Of a stretch of DNA of 64,000 bases, positions 30,592 through 39,904 are shown piece after piece. Origin of the DNA: a virus (lineage: Duplodnaviria; Caudoviricetes); the IMG/VR virus record IMGVR_UViG_3300047382_000771, positions 136,095-200,094 of that record. One strand, written 5' to 3'. The first letter of the stretch is position 1. Every line of letters starts with the position of its first letter. The position numbers and the translations under genes were made by a program. Under the pieces are notes generated by a model, which saw nothing but the letters and a program-made list of their open reading frames with translations, did no database searches and was not told the DNA's origin.

Positions 30592-30846
30592 TTAGATTTT
30601 GAACTCTACATCACCAGAATCGAGATCTTTGTCTTCTGGCTCTAAGACTTTACTTACGGTTAGAGACTCGGTCTCTGCACCACCTACATCTTCTTCCTTT
30701 AGGTTATTTGGGCTAACGATAGCCCTCATTGCCTGAATTAAGATTTTGTCTGTCTCAGTCATTGGGTTAAACTCCTCTTCGCTATCAAAGAGAGATTTGA
30801 TTTGATTGTATTCGTGATCACCGATTAATAATTCTACTAATTTCAT
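30592..30846 (-). CDS. Hypothetical acidic protein
   Basis: 84-aa ORF abutting both neighbours. Confidence 0.6.
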   Translation of the reverse strand: MKLVELLIGDHEYNQIKSLFDSEEEFNPMTETDKILIQAMRAIVSPNNLKEEDVGGAETESLTVSKVLEPEDKDLDSGDVEFKI

Positions 30847-31896
30847 TTATATTGCATCCTTTTTTGAGATTCCTAATATTCTAGCCTTCCAGCTTTCCAT
30901 ATTGTCAAGCCGTTCGACTTCTTCCTCGACTAGAGCTTTTTGCATGTCAGCTAACTGAATCATTTGCTTCCTCTGCTCCTCTAGTTGGAAATTCTTAACA
31001 AGCGATAATATACTGGCATGATCGTCACGCCGATTCTTTAGTCGCTCTGCACGGTCACCATTTAATTTCTTAATAAGTGATTCCATGCGTTTCTCACATT
31101 TGTCGTATTCGTCAGTTTTAGATTTTAATACTTCTGCTAGTCTAACAGTCATATCTTGCTGATCCTCAACCTCATTAAACATATTATTTAACTTTTCTAT
31201 ATGAGAAGATATATTTTTTAAATTAATATAATCCACACAGACATTAATATATAAATTTATTTCGTCTGCTGTAAGATCTGGTTTATCCCATGTAGCCCTT
31301 ATGAATTCAGCCTCAAATAATTTTCTATCTTTATCACTACTATAGTTACCTATTACCTGAATGAATCTAGGAGAAGAAAGGTTCCTGATAAGGTTCTTGG
31401 CACATTCTATATCATCGTGTGTCATCTTATCTTCAACGAACTCTGTATGAGCAAATTCGTTAATTTTACCTACAGCTGTTTTTATTATTTTAGGCGGATG
31501 GTATTGCCTGTTAATAGCTGTTTCGCTTTCATGGACAAAATTAGGCTCATATTCTCTTAAAAACTCTAATACGCAGACATGGTGCTTGGAGAATCTTTTA
31601 ACAGTGACATCTGGAAACAGTATTTCTGCAATTTGAAATGCACTCAACCCGTTCTCAGCCTGAGCCTTAATAAAATCTACTTGAGCTTCGGTTAAATCTA
31701 TATCTTCCATTTTCTCCCAAGCACTAGTCTCATATTCCAAGTTTTGACTTGCTAGAAATTTCCTAACCGCCCTGCCTTCTTTTGTGCGACCATCTAAGTC
31801 GGGATCGCCGAACAGTCTTCTAGTTAAATCAATAAGACTTGGATTTTTCTTAAACTCTTCAGTTAAGAACTGTTGCTGCTCGTCAGTTAAGTCCAT
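30847..31896 (-). CDS. Hypothetical protein (possible terminase small subunit)
   Basis: 349 aa, with HTH-like segments (GLSAFQIAEILF) and a C-terminal coiled coil. Upstream of terL. Confidence 0.45.
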   Translation of the reverse strand: MDLTDEQQQFLTEEFKKNPSLIDLTRRLFGDPDLDGRTKEGRAVRKFLASQNLEYETSAWEKMEDIDLTEAQVDFIKAQAENGLSAFQIAEILFPDVTVKRFSKHHVCVLEFLREYEPNFVHESETAINRQYHPPKIIKTAVGKINEFAHTEFVEDKMTHDDIECAKNLIRNLSSPRFIQVIGNYSSDKDRKLFEAEFIRATWDKPDLTADEINLYINVCVDYINLKNISSHIEKLNNMFNEVEDQQDMTVRLAEVLKSKTDEYDKCEKRMESLIKKLNGDRAERLKNRRDDHASILSLVKNFQLEEQRKQMIQLADMQKALVEEEVERLDNMESWKARILGISKKDAI

Positions 31897-32626
31897 CTAG
31901 ATCGTCCTCCCCTTTTAGGAATGTGATACCCTTATCTTGCAGTATTTTTACCGCTTTTTCTTTTAGTAAATTTTTAAGGTTTTTTATTTGTTTGTAGCCA
32001 GCCTTCCTTCCAGACTCACTGCTTTTAAAGCCCATCTCTTTGGCTGCTTCTTCGTCTGTTAATTTTTGTACATATAGTAATTGAAATGCTTGCCACTGCC
32101 TTTTATTTAAAGCACCCTTTAATTCATGTATTAATTTACCAATAGATTTATCTATATTATGGTCATCATACTCTTCATGATTATTTATTTCGTGATAATG
32201 ATTTTCTATAGATAATGTAATCTTTACATTGTATGCTTGTCTTTTTGTTTTTTCCCACTTAGCATATAAAGGACAGCCCCCATCTTGCTTGCCGCTAACA
32301 GTAAACTTACATTCGTTTTCTATAGAATCATTAGAGAAAGGACAATTCAAACAAGGTCTAGCGTAATTACTGTAATTATTTCTTAATATATTTTTAAATT
32401 GATTACTTATTATTTTATTAAGCCAAGGCTTTATTGGTCTGTCTTGATCCCATTGAGCCCATTTCTTATGTATGTGCGCACGGATGATTTGGCAGACGTC
32501 ATCAAAGTCAAGCCAGGATACGGATGTCAAGAACCAGTTGTTGCGCCTTTTATTTAATTCAGCGTCAATTAATTCTGAGAAATCTTCGTATTTGTATTCT
32601 GGGTCAGGGTCTTTCTTTGTCCTCAT
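31883..32626 (-). CDS. Phage RNA polymerase sigma factor (sigma70/ECF-like) with a Cys-rich insertion
   Basis: Region 2-like DFDDVCQIIRAHI...WLNKIISNQFKNILR; insertion CLNCPF...C...CPLY; region 4-like LNKRQWQAFQLLYVQKLTDEEAAKEMG. Confidence 0.85.
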   Translation of the reverse strand: MRTKKDPDPEYKYEDFSELIDAELNKRRNNWFLTSVSWLDFDDVCQIIRAHIHKKWAQWDQDRPIKPWLNKIISNQFKNILRNNYSNYARPCLNCPFSNDSIENECKFTVSGKQDGGCPLYAKWEKTKRQAYNVKITLSIENHYHEINNHEEYDDHNIDKSIGKLIHELKGALNKRQWQAFQLLYVQKLTDEEAAKEMGFKSSESGRKAGYKQIKNLKNLLKEKAVKILQDKGITFLKGEDDLDGLN

Positions 32627-32906
32627 TAAATATATCTGACATTTTGTGTATATTGTCTTGAGGTACGTCTACATCATACTCCAATTTAGCGATAGAAGGA
32701 ACCTCGTCGATATCCGTCTCGTCTTCCTTTAATTGCTTAGTTGGAGTTTTTTTAATTAACCCTTTTCGTTTTGTTTGTGTAGTTGATGGCGATTTACTAA
32801 ACGATGCTAATGAATCGAACGGTGCACCGCAATTACTACAGAATTTCGGAGGTTGATAAGAAAATTCGTTTTTCCCTCCGCAGTTTGGACAAAATTTAGA
32901 CCTCAT
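32604..32906 (-). CDS. Double zinc-ribbon protein
   Basis: CPNCG...CSNCG. Confidence 0.7.
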   Translation of the reverse strand: MRSKFCPNCGGKNEFSYQPPKFCSNCGAPFDSLASFSKSPSTTQTKRKGLIKKTPTKQLKEDETDIDEVPSIAKLEYDVDVPQDNIHKMSDIFNEDKERP

Positions 32907-32941
32907 GTTTTATTATAAAAACAAAAGACTAAAAAATCTAA

Positions 32942-33565
32942 TTAAATTAAATAAGCCGAAAGTATTCTCCCCTGGCAGCGCATGAATTCTTTCATTTGCT
33001 CTTTACTGGTGATTTCCAACTTGTCGCATTTTGCAAATATTGGGTCAGCTTTATTTTTAACATAGTCCAACCCTAACATTCCGATTATCTTTCCATCTAA
33101 AGTTTTTAAAGGTATATTATACAACGATATCACACCTTTTGAAAGAACGAGATTTTTTAGTGTTTCATCTTTTATCTGAGAAGTATTACTATAATAATAC
33201 TCGCCATTATTAATTAATAGATGTATGTAATTATGGTAATTTGAAACTAAATGGTTTTGTGACCTTGTCGCCTCCCTACTTGTTCCTGGGGTGCAGGACT
33301 CATGCGTGCAACTAAATTTCTGTTGGCTTTTTCCAGAAACATAATACCCACCATTATGGAACTGCAATACATACGCACGGTCAGCCCCAGTCTGCTCAAG
33401 TATATAATCTAGGCATAATAATATATTTTCGTTAGTCTCTAGATCGTCTCTTATCGGGTCTTTTTTAGCTTTAGCTCTTCGACTAACAACAAACTTACCT
33501 AGCAGCACACTAGCGATAGTGGCTGAAGCACTTATAACTGCAACAACAATTTCTGTCCAATTCAT
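32942..33565 (-). CDS. Single-TM plus GAF-like domain protein (T4 holin T-like candidate)
   Basis: N-terminal hydrophobic helix, then LEQTGADRAYVLQFHNG...SLYNIPL...IIGMLGLDY. Confidence 0.55.
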   Translation of the reverse strand: MNWTEIVVAVISASATIASVLLGKFVVSRRAKAKKDPIRDDLETNENILLCLDYILEQTGADRAYVLQFHNGGYYVSGKSQQKFSCTHESCTPGTSREATRSQNHLVSNYHNYIHLLINNGEYYYSNTSQIKDETLKNLVLSKGVISLYNIPLKTLDGKIIGMLGLDYVKNKADPIFAKCDKLEITSKEQMKEFMRCQGRILSAYLI

Positions 33566-33585
33566 ATCTAAAATAGTACACAGAT

Positions 33586-34311
33586 TTAACTTTTGTGTGA
33601 TTTTAGTTTTTTTATTATAAATTTTAATATTTCACTGCGCATAATATCGTTCTCTGTAAATCTAAAGCAATATATTCCTTTTTCTTTACTTTCGTCGTCG
33701 TCGAACAAATCAATCATTGGCTTTAAGCCAGATTTTCCGTTGATATCACTTTGCATTAAGTCGCCACAAATAAAGAGTTTTGAATTTTCTCCTAGCCTAG
33801 TCACCATGGTTACTAGCTCTTTAAAAGTGAAGTTCTGAGATTCATCCGCAACGACAATTTTATTTAACCAACTAGCTCCCCTAAGAAAGTTGATTGGCAT
33901 AGCCTGGATCCTGTTGCTCTTGAGTAATTCTGTCTTCAGCGTTGTGTTGCTAGGTAAAAGTTCGGCCAACTTATCCTCAAGGGGAGCCATGTAGGGATTA
34001 AATTTCTCCTCCAAGGTTCCTGGTAAGGCACCTAAGCCTTTTTCAGCACTCTCAATTGCGGTGCGCACATAAAATAAATCCAAGGCATCATCTTTTTGTA
34101 AATGACGTAGAGCTGACATTACAGCCATGTAGGTTTTCGTGGAACCAGCTGGCCCTAGCACGAAAACTATCTTGGCATCGTCTCTAAGTGAAAGTTCTAG
34201 GAATTTTTTCTGCTTTTCGGTTAATTTAAGACCTTTAATTTTTACCTTAGCCTTAAGTGCGTTATCGTTTAAGTTTAAATCTTCGGGGTTGGTAGCTTTT
34301 TTTCTAGCCAT
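33586..34311 (-). CDS. phoH: PhoH-like ATPase
   Basis: GPAGSTKT, LGALPGTLEEKFNPYMAP, FLRGAS, VADESQN, TRLGENSKLFICGDLMQSD. Confidence 0.95.
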   Translation of the reverse strand: MARKKATNPEDLNLNDNALKAKVKIKGLKLTEKQKKFLELSLRDDAKIVFVLGPAGSTKTYMAVMSALRHLQKDDALDLFYVRTAIESAEKGLGALPGTLEEKFNPYMAPLEDKLAELLPSNTTLKTELLKSNRIQAMPINFLRGASWLNKIVVADESQNFTFKELVTMVTRLGENSKLFICGDLMQSDINGKSGLKPMIDLFDDDESKEKGIYCFRFTENDIMRSEILKFIIKKLKSHKS

Positions 34312-34333
34312 ATAAAATTGGTTGTAACTGTAA

Positions 34334-34354
34334 TTACACTTGAAATTAGTGTAA
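34334..34354. promoter_or_regulatory. Back-to-back pair of GTGTAA late-promoter motifs
   Basis: TTACAC(34334-39) and GTGTAA(34349-54) lie between divergent phoH and the plus-strand island. Confidence 0.5.
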
Positions 34355-34383
34355 TATATATTAATAATAACATTATTATTTAT

Positions 34384-34590
34384 ATGTCAAGAATTTCTAA
34401 ATCCGAAATAATGAATCTGCTATGCAAGAACTTCACTGCATACGCATCAACTCAATGGCTAAAAAACCCAAACAAACACATGGATGGGTTAACACCTTCT
34501 GAGTGCATGACTAAAGACCAAAATATAAAAAAAGTCTACAATGCACTCAGCAAGGAAATAGCAGAAACAAAAAATAAAAAATGCAAATAG
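34384..34590 (+). CDS. MbcA/ParS/Xre antitoxin toxin-binding-domain-like small protein
   Basis: Start re-assigned to MSRISK. The motif ASTQWLKNPNKHMDGLTPSECM fits the A..WL..PN..L.G.TP pattern. Confidence 0.55.
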   Translation: MSRISKSEIMNLLCKNFTAYASTQWLKNPNKHMDGLTPSECMTKDQNIKKVYNALSKEIAETKNKKCK

Positions 34591-35729
34591 AATATTTATC
34601 AGATGAAGAGGTTGTCTCCTGGGGGACTGTGTTTGAGTACGATACACGCGATTGGTTATTCAATAATAGCAATATAGAAAACTATGTGCAGTACCCTTCC
34701 GCTCAACTTATGACGGCTCAAGGCGACCCGCCCTGGAAGGGGGCTACGGCATTAATACTTGATATTGATGTAGCAGACGAATCCCCTTATACAGCCTCCA
34801 ATGTAAAGGTTAAACTAAGAAAACAAGCCACAGGAGGAGGTATACTTATTCCTGGTGGCGGAACAGTAATGAATGAAGAAATTACTGCGGTAAACCTTAG
34901 GGGTTTTGAGTCTTCTCCTAGTTGCAAGCAGGTTCAGGTCATTGTACCTCTTTCCGCACTTGGAACCTTTGAATACGCATACGAAGTAGAAGGAGAACTT
35001 CCTCTTCTCAAACATATAAAGGTTATAGGGAAAATTTCTGAATTTGATTTGTCTTCACTTAATAGTGGTACAAAAATAAGTGACCTTAGTTATGTAGAGG
35101 GTAGAGATGATGACCTTTTTGTTATCTCTAGATGCTCCGACACAGAAGGTGAAAGAAAATTTATTACAGATGAGAGATCTGGATCTAGGATCCCAGATTT
35201 TTCAGGAGATAGTAGGAAGTGGGTATCAACACACGCTGTCTCAATGTACCACCTAAGGCAGGGTTTAGGATTAGGGGCCTATGCAGTCATAGAGAAAGGC
35301 GGCGGAGGTGATAGTGTATTTGTTAACTGTTTTATGGTTAACCAAGGTGGTTCAGATACATATACCATCAAAACCCTAAATGGACTTTTCCCTAATAAAC
35401 AGTGCGTCGTATTAACATCTTCCACTATGAGTAAAAAAGCTGGCAACCCAGGCATGGGAGATTTGGATGGAGGATACCTCGCCGTGGGCAAAGTATCATT
35501 CCCAAGTGCAGCTGGATCTCCTGCAACTTTACCTAATCAAAAAATTAATGAAAGTTATGATGCCCAAGTTGATGTGACTCAATGCCAGCCAAATATGAAG
35601 GTGGTCCAGGTAAGTACTGGTGGTGACGACAGAAAAGATTATGGTAAGGCCAAAGTTTATGCCCCTGTAGAGGGTAACCCACTTACATACCAACCTGGGT
35701 ATATGTACATAGCATTTATAGGAAGATAA
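34581..35729 (+). CDS. Tail fibre/adhesin-like protein
   Basis: Internal TKISDL...DDLFVISR anchor motif and a Gly-rich C-terminal domain. Followed by a fibre-assembly-like gene. Confidence 0.5.
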   Translation: MQIEYLSDEEVVSWGTVFEYDTRDWLFNNSNIENYVQYPSAQLMTAQGDPPWKGATALILDIDVADESPYTASNVKVKLRKQATGGGILIPGGGTVMNEEITAVNLRGFESSPSCKQVQVIVPLSALGTFEYAYEVEGELPLLKHIKVIGKISEFDLSSLNSGTKISDLSYVEGRDDDLFVISRCSDTEGERKFITDERSGSRIPDFSGDSRKWVSTHAVSMYHLRQGLGLGAYAVIEKGGGGDSVFVNCFMVNQGGSDTYTIKTLNGLFPNKQCVVLTSSTMSKKAGNPGMGDLDGGYLAVGKVSFPSAAGSPATLPNQKINESYDAQVDVTQCQPNMKVVQVSTGGDDRKDYGKAKVYAPVEGNPLTYQPGYMYIAFIGR

Positions 35730-35731
35730 TC

Positions 35732-36178
35732 ATGGCTACTCGAATATTTATAAAACCAGAACCAAACAAAAGTTTTTCAACTTTAGAGTTTGATGATTTA
35801 GATAACGAAGTTATGCTGAATTACGCAGCAACTAATGGTTATGTAGAGTTTCAAAAACCTCTTACCCTTGAAGACCCTGAGGGATGGTTTGCTCGTGCAT
35901 ACGAATACGACCCAGAAGCTAAAAAAGTTACCATCAACCTAGATAAGGCTAAAAATGGTTACATGGAATTCTTAAAAGAAGCAAGGAGCAACAAACTGAA
36001 GGAGCTAGACGCCCTACAACTCCGCTACTTGGTTCAAAAAAATGAAAAAAAGGTAGAAGAAATTGAAGAAATAAAAATCGCACTCAGAGACATGCCTGAA
36101 ACTATCCCTATGGATAAAATCAAAAATGTGTTTGAATTGGTTCACTTATTTCCTCCGATTTTACTACCTGATGAATAG
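35732..36178 (+). CDS. Tail fibre assembly/chaperone-like protein
   Basis: C-terminal ARSNKLKELD...IKIALRDMP motif. Confidence 0.6.
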   Translation: MATRIFIKPEPNKSFSTLEFDDLDNEVMLNYAATNGYVEFQKPLTLEDPEGWFARAYEYDPEAKKVTINLDKAKNGYMEFLKEARSNKLKELDALQLRYLVQKNEKKVEEIEEIKIALRDMPETIPMDKIKNVFELVHLFPPILLPDE

Positions 36179-36710
36179 ATTTACTCCTGAAGGAGACCTG
36201 CTTAAGGCTGTAAATGTCTTAAGTGAAAAATATGGAGAACTCCCCCCCGAAACTTACGAGGGTGGTGATGCTAAAAAATATATATCTGAAGAATATTATA
36301 ATATTCATAAATCATCAGATATTCCCGAAGCTGAAATGAGTGTCCTTAGGAATTTGTATCTAAAACCAAAAGAAAAATATGACATGATCAGAGGGTTAGC
36401 GAAAGTATATAACTCTGCGTCTATAATTCAAAGCGGAGATTTCTATTACCCACCAAAAGGGTATATGGGATGGCATACTAACTCAAACACCCCTGGCAGG
36501 AGGGTATATATAACTTACTCCGCAAAGGCTGGAGAGAATAGTTTTCTATACATAAAAGAGGGTAAAATCGTAAAAGACTACGATGACGCAGGTTGGACTG
36601 CTAGAGAATTTATTGTAGGAGACCAGCCTAATAATTTATTCTGGCATGCCGTGGACGCACAGGCAGCTAGAATCTCTATGGGGTTTAGGGTTTTTGACAA
36701 TCTTACATAA
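36171..36710 (+). CDS. Cupin/2OG-Fe(II) oxygenase-like protein
   Basis: Start MNRFTP. Motif FYYPPKGYMGWHTN...FWHAV...RISMGF. Confidence 0.65.
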   Translation: MNRFTPEGDLLKAVNVLSEKYGELPPETYEGGDAKKYISEEYYNIHKSSDIPEAEMSVLRNLYLKPKEKYDMIRGLAKVYNSASIIQSGDFYYPPKGYMGWHTNSNTPGRRVYITYSAKAGENSFLYIKEGKIVKDYDDAGWTAREFIVGDQPNNLFWHAVDAQAARISMGFRVFDNLT

Positions 36711-36734
36711 AAAGCCCTCTGAAGAGTGCTTTTA
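36708..36734. terminator. Probable bidirectional terminator between convergent genes
   Basis: AAAAGC-CCTC-TGAA-GAGT-GCTTTT hairpin with A and T tracts on either side. Confidence 0.6.
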
Positions 36735-36738
36735 ATTA

Positions 36739-37713
36739 TTAAACCTCTTTGAGGCCTAATCCTTTTTGGTAATTATTGTCGGAGTATACATATAAATCAT
36801 TACCCATTGTGGTCGGGTGAGCGGTACAATAATATCGATAAACTCCATGCTGTGATGCAGTCCAGGTTGTTACTGTCCCACTTTCTGTAGCAATATCATT
36901 ACCGTCGGCATCTTTAATTGCTAGAGGGTGTCCACCAGTATTGTTGGTAAAGCTTATAGTGTCACCAACTCTCATTGTTAAGACTGGGTCAGTTTGATTG
37001 GCAAGCGGTCCTGCTCCAAATTTATAGCCATTAGAAGTTCCGTTTACTGATGCCAGGATATAGTCAAGATTAGTTGCTGGGGGTTGCACAAAATGATTAG
37101 CACCATTTACTCCAATATCTGGAATTGTTGTTAAACCTGAAGATTCTCCTAAGCGCCAGTAATGCTTTGGTTGTTTTTGTAAATTCATCCAGTTTCTCGT
37201 GACTCCTTTGTTGTAAATTTCTGGAGCTATGTCACTAATATCTTCATCCCAGTATGCCAAATCTCCGACTTGCATATTGCAGGCATTATTTGGATCAAGT
37301 TCCCAATCAAAATTAGGATCGGGATAATAACTTGCTGTATCTGTATTGTATGCAACCTTTTCGCCGTTAAACCAAAATTCCATCGAAGTTGGATTTTTCT
37401 TCAAGAACAACCAATTATTTAATTTTTTGGGTTGGTAATTAACTTTAAAAGTTGAACTATTTGGTTCAACAATATCTGGATTATACCAAGATGTTGCTGT
37501 GGTAATAAATCCGTGACTCCTAGGTTCTATTTTTTTGGTATGTTGATTGAATGTTACACCTGATATTTGGCCACCCGTTTGCCCTCGCAAAAATACTGAA
37601 TTATGAGCTGGAATATCACTTATATCTTCGTATGGATCGTAAAACCAAAATGAATAGCCGTACCCAGATGCGTTATTAAAGGTTACACCACCGTTTTGAG
37701 TAACTAATTTCAT
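36739..37713 (-). CDS. LamG/concanavalin-like domain plus C-terminal cupredoxin-like domain
   Basis: WFNGEKV...DLAYWDEDIS...HYWRLGE (LamG-like). GHPL...YYCTAHPTTMG (type-1 copper-like). Confidence 0.65.
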   Translation of the reverse strand: MKLVTQNGGVTFNNASGYGYSFWFYDPYEDISDIPAHNSVFLRGQTGGQISGVTFNQHTKKIEPRSHGFITTATSWYNPDIVEPNSSTFKVNYQPKKLNNWLFLKKNPTSMEFWFNGEKVAYNTDTASYYPDPNFDWELDPNNACNMQVGDLAYWDEDISDIAPEIYNKGVTRNWMNLQKQPKHYWRLGESSGLTTIPDIGVNGANHFVQPPATNLDYILASVNGTSNGYKFGAGPLANQTDPVLTMRVGDTISFTNNTGGHPLAIKDADGNDIATESGTVTTWTASQHGVYRYYCTAHPTTMGNDLYVYSDNNYQKGLGLKEV

Positions 37714-37718
37714 AATTA

Positions 37719-37979
37719 TTATTCTATAGCCCCAGGGAAGCCCATTAAATTAATGTTTGTTAATTTTGCCGTTAAATTTGCAGCCTTGTAAATGCTGCAG
37801 GAATCAACGGTAGATGTTTCTTTAGCTATATATAATGCTGGGGCATCTCCAGTTACTAATAACATCTCACCTGCAACTGCATCGCCAGTAGCATTTGTGA
37901 TATCTCCTCCTGTGCGTATTTTTAGACGGTAAGTTTGATTATTTAAATACTGCCCGCTATATCCTATATCTTCTTTCAT
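37719..37979 (-). CDS. Short protein consisting of the shared fibre N-terminal module only
   Basis: YRLKIRTGGDITNATGDAVAGEMLL matches the N-termini of 37982..38881 and 38862..39899. Confidence 0.65.
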   Translation of the reverse strand: MKEDIGYSGQYLNNQTYRLKIRTGGDITNATGDAVAGEMLLVTGDAPALYIAKETSTVDSCSIYKAANLTAKLTNINLMGFPGAIE

Positions 37980-37981
37980 TA

Positions 37982-38881
37982 TTAAATCCCTGGGTATTCT
38001 GGTGAAAATACTACATTGCTAGCTGTGGGGTGAAATTGATTTACCCCATCATCATAAAGAACTCCATCCAAAGCTAGGTGTTGTACTGGATTAAGTTCAT
38101 CAATCAAAGTCTTAGGATTCGAAAGTCCATTACCGTAAAGAAAACCTATCTGAGCTGCTGAAAGTGATTTATTAAATATAGCAATATCAGCCATATTTCC
38201 TTCTAGCCATTGAGTGCTAGGTGTTCCTCCAGACACGGTACTACCTCCAGAATAAAACCCCTGACCAATATCAACCATACTAACTCCAGTACTTGGAACT
38301 TGTTTAGATAAAACACCATTCATGTATACAGAGATAATTGCATTAGCGATATCAAAACTCAGAGCAAAATGATTCCATTCGCCTTGTACAAATGTAGCTA
38401 CATTGTCATCCCTGAAAGTTTGAGTAGAGCCATTAAAACCTATGAGTCTTACTGTTGGCGCACCTCCAGTACAGTCAATTAAAAATCCATCGGTTGCTGA
38501 CTGCCTATAATTTACTGTCGTAAGCAAAGTTTGAGCAATAAGCTGGTTAGGTTTAAAAAATAAAGAAAGAGCGATATCTCCAGAAAAATTAAAACCAGGG
38601 GATGCGGCTCCAGTAAGGTAGGAACTCGTGCCATTGAAATTAGCAGAAAGACTATTGTAAGGAATTTCTTGGTTTTCTGCGATATCAAATAGTGCCGACA
38701 CTCCATGGTTAGTCGGATTAGAGGTTTTTTGGCCTACACAGACCCCATTAACCTTTGTGTCATACAAGATTTCGCCAGGGATTGCATCCTTTATACCTTT
38801 GTATATATCGCTTCCTGTTTTTTTCTTAATGCGATATGATTTATCGCCAAGCAATTGTAAGTTATGATCTTTGTTTTCCAT
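37982..38881 (-). CDS. LamG-like jellyroll fibre/adhesin
   Basis: FSGDIALSLFFKP...GEWNHFALSF...VYMNG...DIAIFNKSLSAAQI. Confidence 0.8.
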   Translation of the reverse strand: MENKDHNLQLLGDKSYRIKKKTGSDIYKGIKDAIPGEILYDTKVNGVCVGQKTSNPTNHGVSALFDIAENQEIPYNSLSANFNGTSSYLTGAASPGFNFSGDIALSLFFKPNQLIAQTLLTTVNYRQSATDGFLIDCTGGAPTVRLIGFNGSTQTFRDDNVATFVQGEWNHFALSFDIANAIISVYMNGVLSKQVPSTGVSMVDIGQGFYSGGSTVSGGTPSTQWLEGNMADIAIFNKSLSAAQIGFLYGNGLSNPKTLIDELNPVQHLALDGVLYDDGVNQFHPTASNVVFSPEYPGI

Positions 38882-39899
38882 ACCTAATATTATTGTGAGG
38901 AGAATCGTAACTTAATTCGTAAGGAGCATTACCCCCTGGGCCAGAAACATTATCGTCATTCAGGTCTTGGTCTGTTAGATATAATGCTGCATCTGAATTT
39001 ACTCCATGGCTACTAAAAGCTTCTAATCCTTGTGGAGCATTACCGAAATTCCACCAATAAAGTGGGTTATAGCTACCAGCGCTTTTATTATCGTATACGC
39101 CTTGGACTTGGGCAGAGGTCAACTCTGCATCAAAAAATGCTATCTCATGATATTTTCCAAAAAGAGTATACTGCATTGCATTTGTTCGTTGACCAAATGC
39201 CCAGGATGAATTAAGTCCAAGCATCCCAGTAAAGCTACCAATATCATTGCGAGTAATAGAATTTGTTTGCTCCATGCCGTCTATATAAAGTTTCAAACCA
39301 CTTGAGACTGTTCCCCCATCATATGTTAAAACGAAATGATGCCATTTGTCTTTGGTTATGGGTGCATTATTTTGAATAAGCTGTATTTTGTCGCCCGTAC
39401 CACCTCCACCGTTAGAGCCAGTATAAACTGTAATTGATGTATCATTGTTGGACGGATTGTAAAACCATTCTAAATCATAAGTATAACTATTTCCAGCTTT
39501 TCTTGCGAAGAATGTTGATCCTTTTTGTCTAGGGTCAATCTTAATCCAAAGAGAAATTGAAAGTGGGCTGTTATTCTTGAAATGCATTTCGTGGCTATTA
39601 TTTGACCCAATAAAAGTTCTAAAAGCTGTATCCCTAAAAATCTCTTGAGAAAAAGCATAATTATTGTAATCTCCTCCAGAAATTAAACCACCAGCGTCTG
39701 CGACCTTGTAAATACCAAAATCATCATCTATGGAAGTTTCAGTACATACATATAAACTTTGGTCGGAAACCCCTGTTGTTAAAAACATTTCTCCTGCTAC
39801 TGCATTTCCAGTAATATTTGCAATATCTGATCCTGTTCGGATTTTCAATCTAAACTCTTTACTGTCGAGAAACTGCCCACTATATACTATATTTGACAT
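38862..39899 (-). CDS. LamG-like jellyroll fibre/adhesin
   Basis: LSISLWIK...KWHHFVLTYDG...LYIDG...EIAFFDAELTSAQV. Confidence 0.8.
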   Translation of the reverse strand: MSNIVYSGQFLDSKEFRLKIRTGSDIANITGNAVAGEMFLTTGVSDQSLYVCTETSIDDDFGIYKVADAGGLISGGDYNNYAFSQEIFRDTAFRTFIGSNNSHEMHFKNNSPLSISLWIKIDPRQKGSTFFARKAGNSYTYDLEWFYNPSNNDTSITVYTGSNGGGGTGDKIQLIQNNAPITKDKWHHFVLTYDGGTVSSGLKLYIDGMEQTNSITRNDIGSFTGMLGLNSSWAFGQRTNAMQYTLFGKYHEIAFFDAELTSAQVQGVYDNKSAGSYNPLYWWNFGNAPQGLEAFSSHGVNSDAALYLTDQDLNDDNVSGPGGNAPYELSYDSPHNNIRYGKQRS

Positions 39900-39904
39900 A
39901 AAAT

